40,447 bases of DNA from a bacterium (GTDB lineage: Bacteria > Zhuqueibacterota > Zhuqueibacteria > Oceanimicrobiales > Oceanimicrobiaceae), in the NCBI GenBank assembly GCA_046758365.1, contig JBHIAC010000011.1, positions 1-40,447 on the forward strand. Reading direction: 5' to 3'. The translations under genes were made by a program, and so were the position numbers. The notes beneath the pieces are model-generated. The model saw only the letters and a list, made by a program, of their open reading frames with translations. It searched no databases and had not been told where the DNA came from. Below are positions 7,957-15,782 of the stretch, piece by piece (position 1 is the first letter of the stretch; each line of letters opens with the position of its first letter).

Positions 7957-9610
7957 GACAGTTTTTGCACCTCCGATCAATAGGTTTATAGAGTACAAAT
8001 TGCATGGTTCCTGTTCTCTGCAATTTATGACAATCGGCACATGGGACTTTCTCATGAGCCCCTGTTATTCTAAATAAAGAATCATTATTATGATCAAATA
8101 TTAAGGTGGACCATGAAGCTGGAAGGTGACATTTATCGCATTTGGCTGGAAATCCCCTTACCGAAAACTGGCCTTGATGTGTGTCTTCATGACAATCGTT
8201 GCAGGCCATTTTAATTGGTCTGTAAAGAATTCGTTCTCGCTCTGTTCCTACCTCTACCAATTTATGACATTGGTCACATTCGACATGCGCATGCTTTCCT
8301 AAAAGCGGAAACCGAGCTGTATTATGATCAAAAGTAGTTGCATTCCAAGCCGAGGTCTTGTGGCAGGTTTCACAGCCTTCTTTCTTGTTATAAGCTGCAA
8401 ATTGACCTTTATGCACATCCTGATGGCATCCATTACAGGTAGTATCTTTAAACTCAAAGATTCGTCTTTCCCTAGGGGTCCCTTGATCAGCTACAAAGTG
8501 ACAGGCCACACAGGGTACGGCTAAATGAGAACCCTTGAGGGGATAGTTACTTTTGGCATGCTCCTCGATATCATATTTAGCTGGAATAAATCCAAACACG
8601 TCATGACAATTTTCACAACGACCGCCATCTCTGTGATCGACAAACTGGCCGAAATGCACATCTTTGTGGCAGTCGAAACAATTGGCAAAAAGCCTGGGTG
8701 TTTTTATCTTCCTGCTAACATGACATTTTTCGCAACTCACGTCGCTGTGACGTCCCATCAGCGGAAAACGTGTCAAAGAATGGTTAAACTGGTCAGCCTT
8801 AATGCGATTCCAGCCATAGGTATCGTGACATTTTTTGCAATATTGCCCAAACTTACCCTGGTGTACCTCTCGATGACAGGGTGTGCAATTATCAAATTGG
8901 AGTCCTACATATTTTACAAAAGTTAGTTTTCCACCCAGGTTTAAATTTCTATTACTTAATGAAATCTTCGGATGACATTTGACACAATCTAGGTCTACGT
9001 GCTTGCCCATAAGGCGAAATTTCGTCTTAATGTGATCAAATTTTACAGCAGGTTTCCAGCCGGCATAATTATGGCATTTCAAACAATCCTTTGACAATTG
9101 CCTTCGATGTTCATCCTGATGGCAGCTTAAACAATTTGGATCCAAGCCTAAAAATGTTTTGTTTAAATTAACTTTTTTGTTCCACTTTCTCAGATCGTCA
9201 ACGATATACTTGGGTTGATGACAATCTTCACATTTGACCGCCAAGTGTTTTGCTTCTAAAGAATAGCCGGTTTTAGTATGGTCAAAATTATTTTTTCCCT
9301 CTGGCCAAAACACCAGTTTAAAATTCTGGCCATTATGTTCGCTGTGGCATTCGAAGCAAGCTTTCTTTTCTTTAACGGTTACGATTAAATGGTAGCCTTT
9401 TGCCAGTTCGATACGATGTTTAATTTCACCATGGCAGTCTAAACATTTATTGGCATCCGGACCTCCCCCTAAAGTGTGGCATTTTGTGCAATTGGGAATG
9501 CCTTCCAACTGGGCATGTGGTAGGGCGAGTTCACCTGGAGATATTTGGGCCATGCTCTTCGACCCAACTAAACAGAATAAAATAAATATATAGAAAAGCT
9601 TCAGGTGCAT
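7943..9610 (-). CDS. Multiheme c-type cytochrome, 20 CXXCH motifs
   Basis: 20 CXXCH counted; signal peptide ending SMA/Q; repeated F(D/N)H..T.FPL.G.H..V.CXXCH triheme units. Confidence 0.95.
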   Translation of the reverse strand: MHLKLFYIFILFCLVGSKSMAQISPGELALPHAQLEGIPNCTKCHTLGGGPDANKCLDCHGEIKHRIELAKGYHLIVTVKEKKACFECHSEHNGQNFKLVFWPEGKNNFDHTKTGYSLEAKHLAVKCEDCHQPKYIVDDLRKWNKKVNLNKTFLGLDPNCLSCHQDEHRRQLSKDCLKCHNYAGWKPAVKFDHIKTKFRLMGKHVDLDCVKCHPKISLSNRNLNLGGKLTFVKYVGLQFDNCTPCHREVHQGKFGQYCKKCHDTYGWNRIKADQFNHSLTRFPLMGRHSDVSCEKCHVSRKIKTPRLFANCFDCHKDVHFGQFVDHRDGGRCENCHDVFGFIPAKYDIEEHAKSNYPLKGSHLAVPCVACHFVADQGTPRERRIFEFKDTTCNGCHQDVHKGQFAAYNKKEGCETCHKTSAWNATTFDHNTARFPLLGKHAHVECDQCHKLVEVGTERERILYRPIKMACNDCHEDTHQGQFSVRGFPAKCDKCHLPASWSTLIFDHNNDSLFRITGAHEKVPCADCHKLQRTGTMQFVLYKPIDRRCKNCHGKK

Positions 9611-9726
9611 AAATTACAAAATAAACGACTCTCCACGGATTCTCGCGGAATTACAAAGCTATCATGTAGCCGCTTGACCTTAAATTTCCGTGCAAATCAA
9701 ACGAGCTCCCAGGTGAATTATTAATT

Positions 9727-10626
9727 TCAAAATATCCATCGATACCCAAATAACAAAGTTACCATCACATGAACAATCATAATAATTATCATGACAAAAG
9801 CGAAAGGCTTATGAAATACGTGCCAGTAGTGAAAAATAGGCTGGATGGTTGACAACAAGGCCATCTTTCGTAAGAGTAGCGACTTCTGTTTTACTATTTC
9901 AATTAAGTTATTTATCTCTTGTTTTGGAAGATTCACCTTTTGATAATAAATTTCTTTCTTTAAAGCTCGAATTCGAAATGAACGAAATAAGTCATTCTTG
10001 AAAATCGACCAAATGGCTGAAAATCGTTTGAGGCGCTGACCAGACTTAACACCAGAAATTGCTTGAATTTGATTTAGAATCTGACGATTAAGCTGATATT
10101 TTTCAACCAGTGTTCGGCTCATTAATTTATTCTTTTCTTCCATTTCCTTGATCGAAAGTTCGTCTCCTGATAGTGCGCGGGGTATTTGTACGTAAAGATA
10201 TCGTCCCATAAAACCGCTCAACATCACAGCGATCATGGAATAATAGCTGATGGCTACGATACCCCCAAATTTGAAAGAGGTGTGCAGGGTTACAAAAATA
10301 GGCCCCATGATTCCCAAAAAGATGTGGATGTTCAACCAATATCTAATCTTTCCAAAACGAAGGCCAAATAGATTTCTTTTGCGGGCAGAATATAGAAATA
10401 AGAGCAACATCATGCTGCTTCCTAAAATTCCCAGTCCGTGGCCCCAAACACCGCTGGGTTTCCAAAATGCATGTAACGATGAATGGGGTCGGTCTTCCAG
10501 AGGTAAGCGATAGTAGTCGTAGCCTTTTACTGCAACGGCTATCGCAAACATAATATTTACTAAATATAGTGAAAATAGTATTACGTTATGAGTTCTAATC
10601 TTATCGCTCACCAAATTTTTTTTCAA
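9727..10626 (-). CDS. His-rich inner-membrane protein (putative cytochrome b / ferric-reductase-like TM domain)
   Basis: About 5-6 hydrophobic segments; His residues within or next to helices (WGHGLG, WLNIHIFLG, VTLHT, YWHVFHKP, IVHV); lies between the flavoprotein and the multiheme genes. Confidence 0.65.
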   Translation of the reverse strand: MKKNLVSDKIRTHNVILFSLYLVNIMFAIAVAVKGYDYYRLPLEDRPHSSLHAFWKPSGVWGHGLGILGSSMMLLLFLYSARKRNLFGLRFGKIRYWLNIHIFLGIMGPIFVTLHTSFKFGGIVAISYYSMIAVMLSGFMGRYLYVQIPRALSGDELSIKEMEEKNKLMSRTLVEKYQLNRQILNQIQAISGVKSGQRLKRFSAIWSIFKNDLFRSFRIRALKKEIYYQKVNLPKQEINNLIEIVKQKSLLLRKMALLSTIQPIFHYWHVFHKPFAFVMIIIMIVHVMVTLLFGYRWIF

Positions 10627-11905
10627 TGCTTATGCCAATTTTCTTAAGAAATTCTGTTGGAAGCACCCCGCCAATAAAAATGAAAACATAATCATTGGCA
10701 ATTGTAACATGATTATCCTTTTTCGTGAGTAAAACTTCTTCTCGCTTTATTTCCAAAACATTAGACTCAAACAAGACATTCACTCGACCATTCTTAATAG
10801 CCTGATCAATCCTTTCTTGATTTTTTTCTTTAATTCGACTAAAGACGCTTTTTCGGTAAGATATTGTTACCTTTGTTCCCCTTTGTTCTGAAAGCGATAG
10901 CCCCGCTTCTACTGCACTATCCCCGCCTCCGATAACCAACACATTTCGTTTAACATACTGTTTTGGTTCAAGCAATTGGTAGGCTACTTTTGAAGATTTT
11001 TCACCAGGGACTCCTAACTTTCTGGGTGTACCTCTTCGGCCAATGGCTAAGACTACTCGTTGGGCAAGATACATTCCTTTGGACGAAACGATTCTGAAAA
11101 ATCCATTCTGCCTTTCAATTGAATCAACTTTTTCCTTTGTTCTAATTTCTAATCCCGTTTTTTGAATAATTTCGCGCCAAAGGTCTAAAAGGTCTTCTTT
11201 CAAAATTTCTCGATATTTTACTTTGCCATAAAGCGGAATATCCATTGGTTGGGTCATGACCAACTTCTGACGCGGATAGGTAAGGATAGTGCCTCCTATA
11301 TCGTCCTGTTCTAATGTAATGCAGGATATCTTTTCTTTCTGAGCTTGAAGAGAAGCCGCTAAACCTGCCGGACCTGCTCCTATAACCGCCACATCAAACA
11401 CATCCGGATAGCTTCGAGCCAGGGTTTGACGAACGTATTCAACGGCTTGTTTCCCCTGGGTTGCTGCATTTCTAATCAGGCCCATACCGCCCAATTCTCC
11501 TGCGATATAGATGCCATTTACATTGGTTTCAAAGGTCTCTTTTACATGTGGAATTTCAATCCCTCGGTGCTCCGAACCAAAGACTAGAGAAATCGCCTCA
11601 ACAGGACAAGAAGCTTCACAAGCGCCATGGCCTATGCATTTGGTAGGAGAGACCAGAATGGCCTTTCCTTCCAAAACCCCCAGAATTTCTCCTTCCGGAC
11701 ATGCTGAAACACAGGCCGCTGTTCCAATACAACGCGTAGGATCAATTTTAGGATGAAGAGAAACAGGTTCGGTTAAGCCTCTGTCGAAGGATGCTTTTAG
11801 TTTTGCTTTTGCCCTTCGAGTGCGTTTTGTATGGCTGTAAATATACCAAGACGGAATTCCAACAACTAAAAGCGTGGTGAATAAATATGTAAGACTTTCT
11901 AACAT
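10601..11905 (-). CDS. Membrane-anchored ferredoxin-domain / thioredoxin-reductase-like (YpdA-like) NAD(P)H flavoprotein
   Basis: N-terminal TM helix; two ferredoxin-like motifs (CIGTAACVSACP, CIGHGACEASCP); FAD motif VIGAGPAG; LAIGRRGTPRKLGVPGE; NAD(P)H motif VIGGGDSAVE followed by SYRK. Confidence 0.85.
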   Translation of the reverse strand: MLESLTYLFTTLLVVGIPSWYIYSHTKRTRRAKAKLKASFDRGLTEPVSLHPKIDPTRCIGTAACVSACPEGEILGVLEGKAILVSPTKCIGHGACEASCPVEAISLVFGSEHRGIEIPHVKETFETNVNGIYIAGELGGMGLIRNAATQGKQAVEYVRQTLARSYPDVFDVAVIGAGPAGLAASLQAQKEKISCITLEQDDIGGTILTYPRQKLVMTQPMDIPLYGKVKYREILKEDLLDLWREIIQKTGLEIRTKEKVDSIERQNGFFRIVSSKGMYLAQRVVLAIGRRGTPRKLGVPGEKSSKVAYQLLEPKQYVKRNVLVIGGGDSAVEAGLSLSEQRGTKVTISYRKSVFSRIKEKNQERIDQAIKNGRVNVLFESNVLEIKREEVLLTKKDNHVTIANDYVFIFIGGVLPTEFLKKIGISIEKKFGER

Positions 11906-11911
11906 TCCCCT

Positions 11912-11946
11912 TTAAAGTTGAAATTTTTCTGTTTTTGCACCAACGT
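11912..11946 (+). repeat. Partial (right-end) copy of the MITE-like element
   Basis: TTAAAGTTGAAATTTTTCTGTTTTTGCACCAACGT closely matches the right ends of copies 1 and 2. Confidence 0.75.
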
Positions 11947-11963
11947 TTTAAATTTTATCGTTA

Positions 11964-11979
11964 TACAAATTGCGTGCCA
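11964..11979 (-). promoter_or_regulatory. sigma54-like promoter of the multiheme operon
   Basis: Minus strand TGGCAC-GCAAT-TTGTA: perfect -24 box, -12 box with GT instead of GC; 58 bp upstream of the ATG at 11905. Confidence 0.6.
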
Positions 11980-12114
11980 ACTTTGGTTAGATGTTTAATC
12001 CTAAAATTTATCTTAGAAAGCTCGAGCTATGGTAATTGGTTAATATCTTTTTAAAGTGATTATAGTTTGTTAAAAAATAGGTCTAAATATTTTGATTATT
12101 CCCCTACAATATTC

Positions 12115-12147
12115 AAAAAAATCCCCCGAACCAATCGAGGGATTTTT
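12115..12147 (-). terminator. Rho-independent terminator downstream of pepD
   Basis: Minus strand AAAAATCCCTCGA-TTGGT-TCGGGGGATTTTTTT hairpin with T-tract, about 30 bp after the pepD stop. Confidence 0.75.
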
Positions 12148-12176
12148 AATACTTTTTGGAGTTGTTTATTTTATTG

Positions 12177-13637
12177 CTAAGTGTTTTTAGCTAACCTTTC
12201 CAAAATGCTCGTGAGCAGATTGTAAAAACCCGCGACTGACCCTATTCGCACTCTTTCATTAGGCGAATGGGGAAATTCTATCTGAGGGCCGAGAGAGACC
12301 ATGTCCATACCCGGAAATTTTTCACCAATAATACCGCACTCCAAGCCGGCATGAACAGCCTTAATTTCAGGCTCTTTTCCTAGGACCTCTTTGTGAACCT
12401 CTTTCGCGACCTTTAGAACATGAGAATCTAAATTTGGCTTCCAGCCGGGGTAACCTTCCAGTTCCTCTACTTTTGCACCAGCCAGCAAACCAATGGCCCC
12501 AACCCGATCCTGGATTGCCTGAATAGCAGTTGCTACTGAACTTCGGTTGCTAACATGAATGACCATTTTATTCTCTTGAATGTTTACAGTGGCTAAATTT
12601 GAACTGGTTTCCACAAGATCGGGAATATCATAGCTCATGGACATCACGCCGTGAGGCAAAGCATTCAATAAATACAAAATCTTTTGTGCTGTACCATCAG
12701 CAAAAACTTTATCTTCATTTTGCACATTAGCCACATCGAGCTTCATATCAGGGTCGGCAAGTTTGAATTCAGCCTGAATTGCCTTAAACTGGTTATTGAA
12801 GGCTTTTTCGAAGGCATCCTTTTCACCGGAAGAAACTATCACGGTAGCAAAAGCTTCCCGAGGAATGGCGTTGTGCATATTACCACCGGTTAAATTGGCT
12901 AAATAGAATTTGGTGTTTTTATAGACTCCATATAAAGCCCGCGCAAGGAGTTTGACGGCATTCCCTCGCTGCAAATGAATATCTACCCCAGAATGTCCAC
13001 CCCGAAGTCCGTACAATTTAATCTCCATTGTAATGCTTTCCGATGGCGGCGAAGCGTATTCCAAAGCAAGGGTCAGGTTTATACCAGCCCCACCAGCACA
13101 TCCCACGTAAAGTGCCCCTTCTTCTTCGGTGTCCAGGTTAATAAGCCGCTTGCCTTCAAGAAAATCAGGAAGCAAATTACTGGCACCAGTTAAGCCGGTT
13201 TCTTCATCCACGGTAAAAAGAAATTCCAAAGGTCCATGTTTAAATGAGGTGCTTTCCATTATTGTTAAGGCAGCAGCCACCCCAATGCCATTATCTGATC
13301 CAAGGGTCGTACCCGTAGCTTTTAGATAGTCTCCTTCTCGACTTGGTTTAATAGGGTCTCGACTGAAGTCATGCTCTACTTCAGCATTTTTTTCATTCAC
13401 CATGTCCATGTGGGATTGTAATATTGTAATGGGAGCCGATTCATGGCCTGCGGTAGCGGGTTTACTCACAACAGTATTGCCAACATCATCTTGTTTGTAA
13501 GACAATCCGTGCTTTTTTGCTATTTCAATAATATACTCACCTATAGCTTTCTCATTTTTTGATCCTCGGGGGATAGTCAAAATTTTGTCAAAATGCTGCC
13601 AGAGTTCTTTGGGTTCCAACTCAGATACGAATGTCAT
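12177..13637 (-). CDS. pepD: Aminoacyl-histidine dipeptidase (peptidase D, M20C)
   Basis: LQSHMDMV, TLGSDNGIG, VDEETGL, LDTEE, GGHSG, HAGLECG, HSPNER motifs; start MTFVSELEP at 13637 after AGGAGG. Confidence 0.93.
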   Translation of the reverse strand: MTFVSELEPKELWQHFDKILTIPRGSKNEKAIGEYIIEIAKKHGLSYKQDDVGNTVVSKPATAGHESAPITILQSHMDMVNEKNAEVEHDFSRDPIKPSREGDYLKATGTTLGSDNGIGVAAALTIMESTSFKHGPLEFLFTVDEETGLTGASNLLPDFLEGKRLINLDTEEEGALYVGCAGGAGINLTLALEYASPPSESITMEIKLYGLRGGHSGVDIHLQRGNAVKLLARALYGVYKNTKFYLANLTGGNMHNAIPREAFATVIVSSGEKDAFEKAFNNQFKAIQAEFKLADPDMKLDVANVQNEDKVFADGTAQKILYLLNALPHGVMSMSYDIPDLVETSSNLATVNIQENKMVIHVSNRSSVATAIQAIQDRVGAIGLLAGAKVEELEGYPGWKPNLDSHVLKVAKEVHKEVLGKEPEIKAVHAGLECGIIGEKFPGMDMVSLGPQIEFPHSPNERVRIGSVAGFYNLLTSILERLAKNT

Positions 13638-13777
13638 ATTGCCCTCCTGTTTTATTTTAATTTTGTAAAATAATATAATCAGGATAAAACCATTTTGCAA
13701 GAAAATTATATAAAAAATTGAACCACAAAGAACTCCAAGTGGTCGCATAGTCTGTAAAATTTCAGGCAATAATTCTC

Positions 13778-13806
13778 TTGACAATGAGTGCCCCCTTTTT
13801 TAAATT
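13778..13806 (+). promoter_or_regulatory. Putative sigma70 promoter for the cyclophilin-ychF genes
   Basis: TTGACA-N17-TAAATT. Confidence 0.55.
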
Positions 13807-13864
13807 GCATTAGTTAAACCTTGCATTGAACCTTGTGAAGGCACCTATTCAATTATTAAATTAC

Positions 13865-13972
13865 AGACTTCTGAAAAATTAATTTAAAACATGCTCAAAA
13901 TGGGTGTACAGGCTTCAGCCTGCCTATGACTATCTCAACCTAAAGGTTGTACACCCTATTTTGCAGAAGTCT
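13865..13972. repeat. Inverted-repeat element containing a REP-doublet-like core
   Basis: Outer IR AGACTTCTGAAAAAT / ATTTTGCAGAAGTCT; inner GGGTGTACA...TGTACACCC enclosing the palindromes CAGGCTTCAGCCTG and CAACCTAAAGGTTG. Confidence 0.7.
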
Positions 13973-13998
13973 AATTAAATTAAGAAAAGGAGTGAAAA

Positions 13999-14655
13999 AT
14001 GCAACGTTTTATATTAGGTGTAATTTTAATTTCTGCATCATTTTTTCTGCTGCACTGTGGAGAGAGAGGGAAAAACAAAAAAAGTGAAAATGAAGCACAA
14101 TCCTTGCAAGAAAGCAGCCCTGTATCAACAGAGCATCTATTAGCTGATATAGCTCCTAAAGATAGGTTTAATTATTACAGCAACCCGCCAGAGATGACCA
14201 TTGACGAAAGTAAAAGATATGTGGCTACGATTCACACAACTAAAGGCAATATCTTAATTGAATTAGACGCCATATCAGCGCCAATCCACGTGAACAATTT
14301 TGTATTTCTGGCTCGACAGGGCTTTTATGATGGATTAACATTTCATCGTGTGGAACCTAACTTCGTGATTCAAGGAGGCGACCCTTTGGGATTTGGAACT
14401 GGCGGTCCAGGGTATCGAATTCCGGCGGAAATAGGTCTACCACATCATCAGGGCGTGATTGCCATGGCGCGACAAGCCGATGCGGTGAATCCTGAACGCA
14501 TGTCCAGCGGCAGCCAATTTTATATCACATTAAAAGCCACACCCGTTCTTGATGGCCAGTATTCGGTTTTTGGACGCGTATCACAAGGATTTGATGTAGT
14601 GCAGAAGGTTCGAATAGGGGATGTGATAGAAAAAATTGATATTGAAGAGAAATAA
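13999..14655 (+). CDS. Cyclophilin-type peptidyl-prolyl cis-trans isomerase, probable lipoprotein
   Basis: GFYDGLTFHRVEPNFVIQGGDP, AMAR, SGSQFYI, LDGQYSVFG motifs; signal ending LLH-C. Confidence 0.92.
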   Translation: MQRFILGVILISASFFLLHCGERGKNKKSENEAQSLQESSPVSTEHLLADIAPKDRFNYYSNPPEMTIDESKRYVATIHTTKGNILIELDAISAPIHVNNFVFLARQGFYDGLTFHRVEPNFVIQGGDPLGFGTGGPGYRIPAEIGLPHHQGVIAMARQADAVNPERMSSGSQFYITLKATPVLDGQYSVFGRVSQGFDVVQKVRIGDVIEKIDIEEK

Positions 14656-14676
14656 TTTATTTAATTTAAAAAAGTT

Positions 14677-15768
14677 ATGAAAATAGGAATCGTAGGGCTA
14701 CCGCAGTCAGGCAAGACGACTCTTTTTTATGCCCTCGCAAAAACTTCTAAAGAAATTAAGTATGCCGGGGGAGTTACAAAAGAATCCCATTTTAGCATCA
14801 TTAAAGTACCCGATTCCCGTTTGGACACTTTACAGCAATTAACGGGCAAAGAAGAGAAAATAGCGGCCACGGTTGAATATCTTGATGTGGCTGGATTGGA
14901 AAAGGGTTCTACACAACGGAAAGGATTTCAGGAACAATTTTTAGGGAACTTGCGAAACGTGGATGCTTTGCTTTGTGTTTTGCGTTATTTTCAAAATGAA
15001 TCGGTGCCCCATCCCGAAGGAAGCATTGATCCTAAGAGAGATCTGGCAATCCTTGAAGCGGAGTTTCTGCTCTCTGACCTTTCTATATTGGAGGGGCGAA
15101 TACAAAAGCTCGAGTCGGAGTTGAAAAAAGTGAAAAATGATGAGCATCAGCGTGAACTGGAGCTTTTGAAAAGATGCTTCCAATCTTTAGAATCGGAACA
15201 ACCTCTTCGAGAAATCGAATTTACTAAAGAAGAAGAGAAGCTTCTGCGTGGATTCCAGTTTTTAACTGGCAAGCCGATTTTATTGGTATTGAATATTAGC
15301 GAAGATGATTTAGGTAAAGAAGCAGAAATTGGGAAAGAGTTTTCTGATTTAGTGGTAGACAATAAACGAGATTTGGTGTGTATTTCAGCGGAGTTGGAAA
15401 TGGAAATTGCTCAGCTTTCTGATACAGACGCTGTTACTTTCAGAAAAGAAATGGGGATTTCAGAAGCTGCTTTGCATAAAGTGATTCGGAGTTCCTATCA
15501 TTTATTAGGGTTAATTTCATTTTTCACAATTGGACAACACGAAGTCCGTGCCTGGACTATAAAACATGGCACGCATGCTCAAGCTGCAGCAGGTGCGGTA
15601 CATTCGGATATGGAACGGGGATTTATTCGGGCGGAAGTGGTGGAATTTGAAATCCTAAGCAATCTCGGTTCTATGGCAAAATGTAAAGAACAAGGTTTAT
15701 TAAGATTAGAAGGAAAGGATTACTTTGTTCAGGATGGTGATGTTATTACTTTTAGATTTAACGTCTAA
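14677..15768 (+). CDS. ychF: Redox-regulated ATPase YchF
   Basis: GIVGLPQSGKTT, DVAGL, FLGNLRNVDA, GAVHSDMERGFIRAEV, RLEGKDY.VQDGDVI.FRFNV. Confidence 0.95.
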   Translation: MKIGIVGLPQSGKTTLFYALAKTSKEIKYAGGVTKESHFSIIKVPDSRLDTLQQLTGKEEKIAATVEYLDVAGLEKGSTQRKGFQEQFLGNLRNVDALLCVLRYFQNESVPHPEGSIDPKRDLAILEAEFLLSDLSILEGRIQKLESELKKVKNDEHQRELELLKRCFQSLESEQPLREIEFTKEEEKLLRGFQFLTGKPILLVLNISEDDLGKEAEIGKEFSDLVVDNKRDLVCISAELEMEIAQLSDTDAVTFRKEMGISEAALHKVIRSSYHLLGLISFFTIGQHEVRAWTIKHGTHAQAAAGAVHSDMERGFIRAEVVEFEILSNLGSMAKCKEQGLLRLEGKDYFVQDGDVITFRFNV

Positions 15769-15782
15769 TATAGGGGATAATT

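Noticed and set aside
7957..8055. N-terminal extension of the 16-heme ORF
   Set aside because: Overlaps the upstream cytochrome; ATG at 7956 has GGAGG and starts a proper signal peptide.
9631..9692. CACGGA...TCCGTG weak inverted repeat between the membrane-protein and 20-heme genes
   Set aside because: Only about 6 bp of pairing; too degenerate to call.
6585..10513. Many short antisense or alternative-frame ORFs over the cytochrome operon (and similar ones elsewhere)
   Set aside because: They lie within well-supported genes and have no recognisable motifs.
13638..13784. N-terminal extension of pepD
   Set aside because: PepD-like sequence starts at 13637 with a strong RBS; the extension is intergenic AT-rich sequence.
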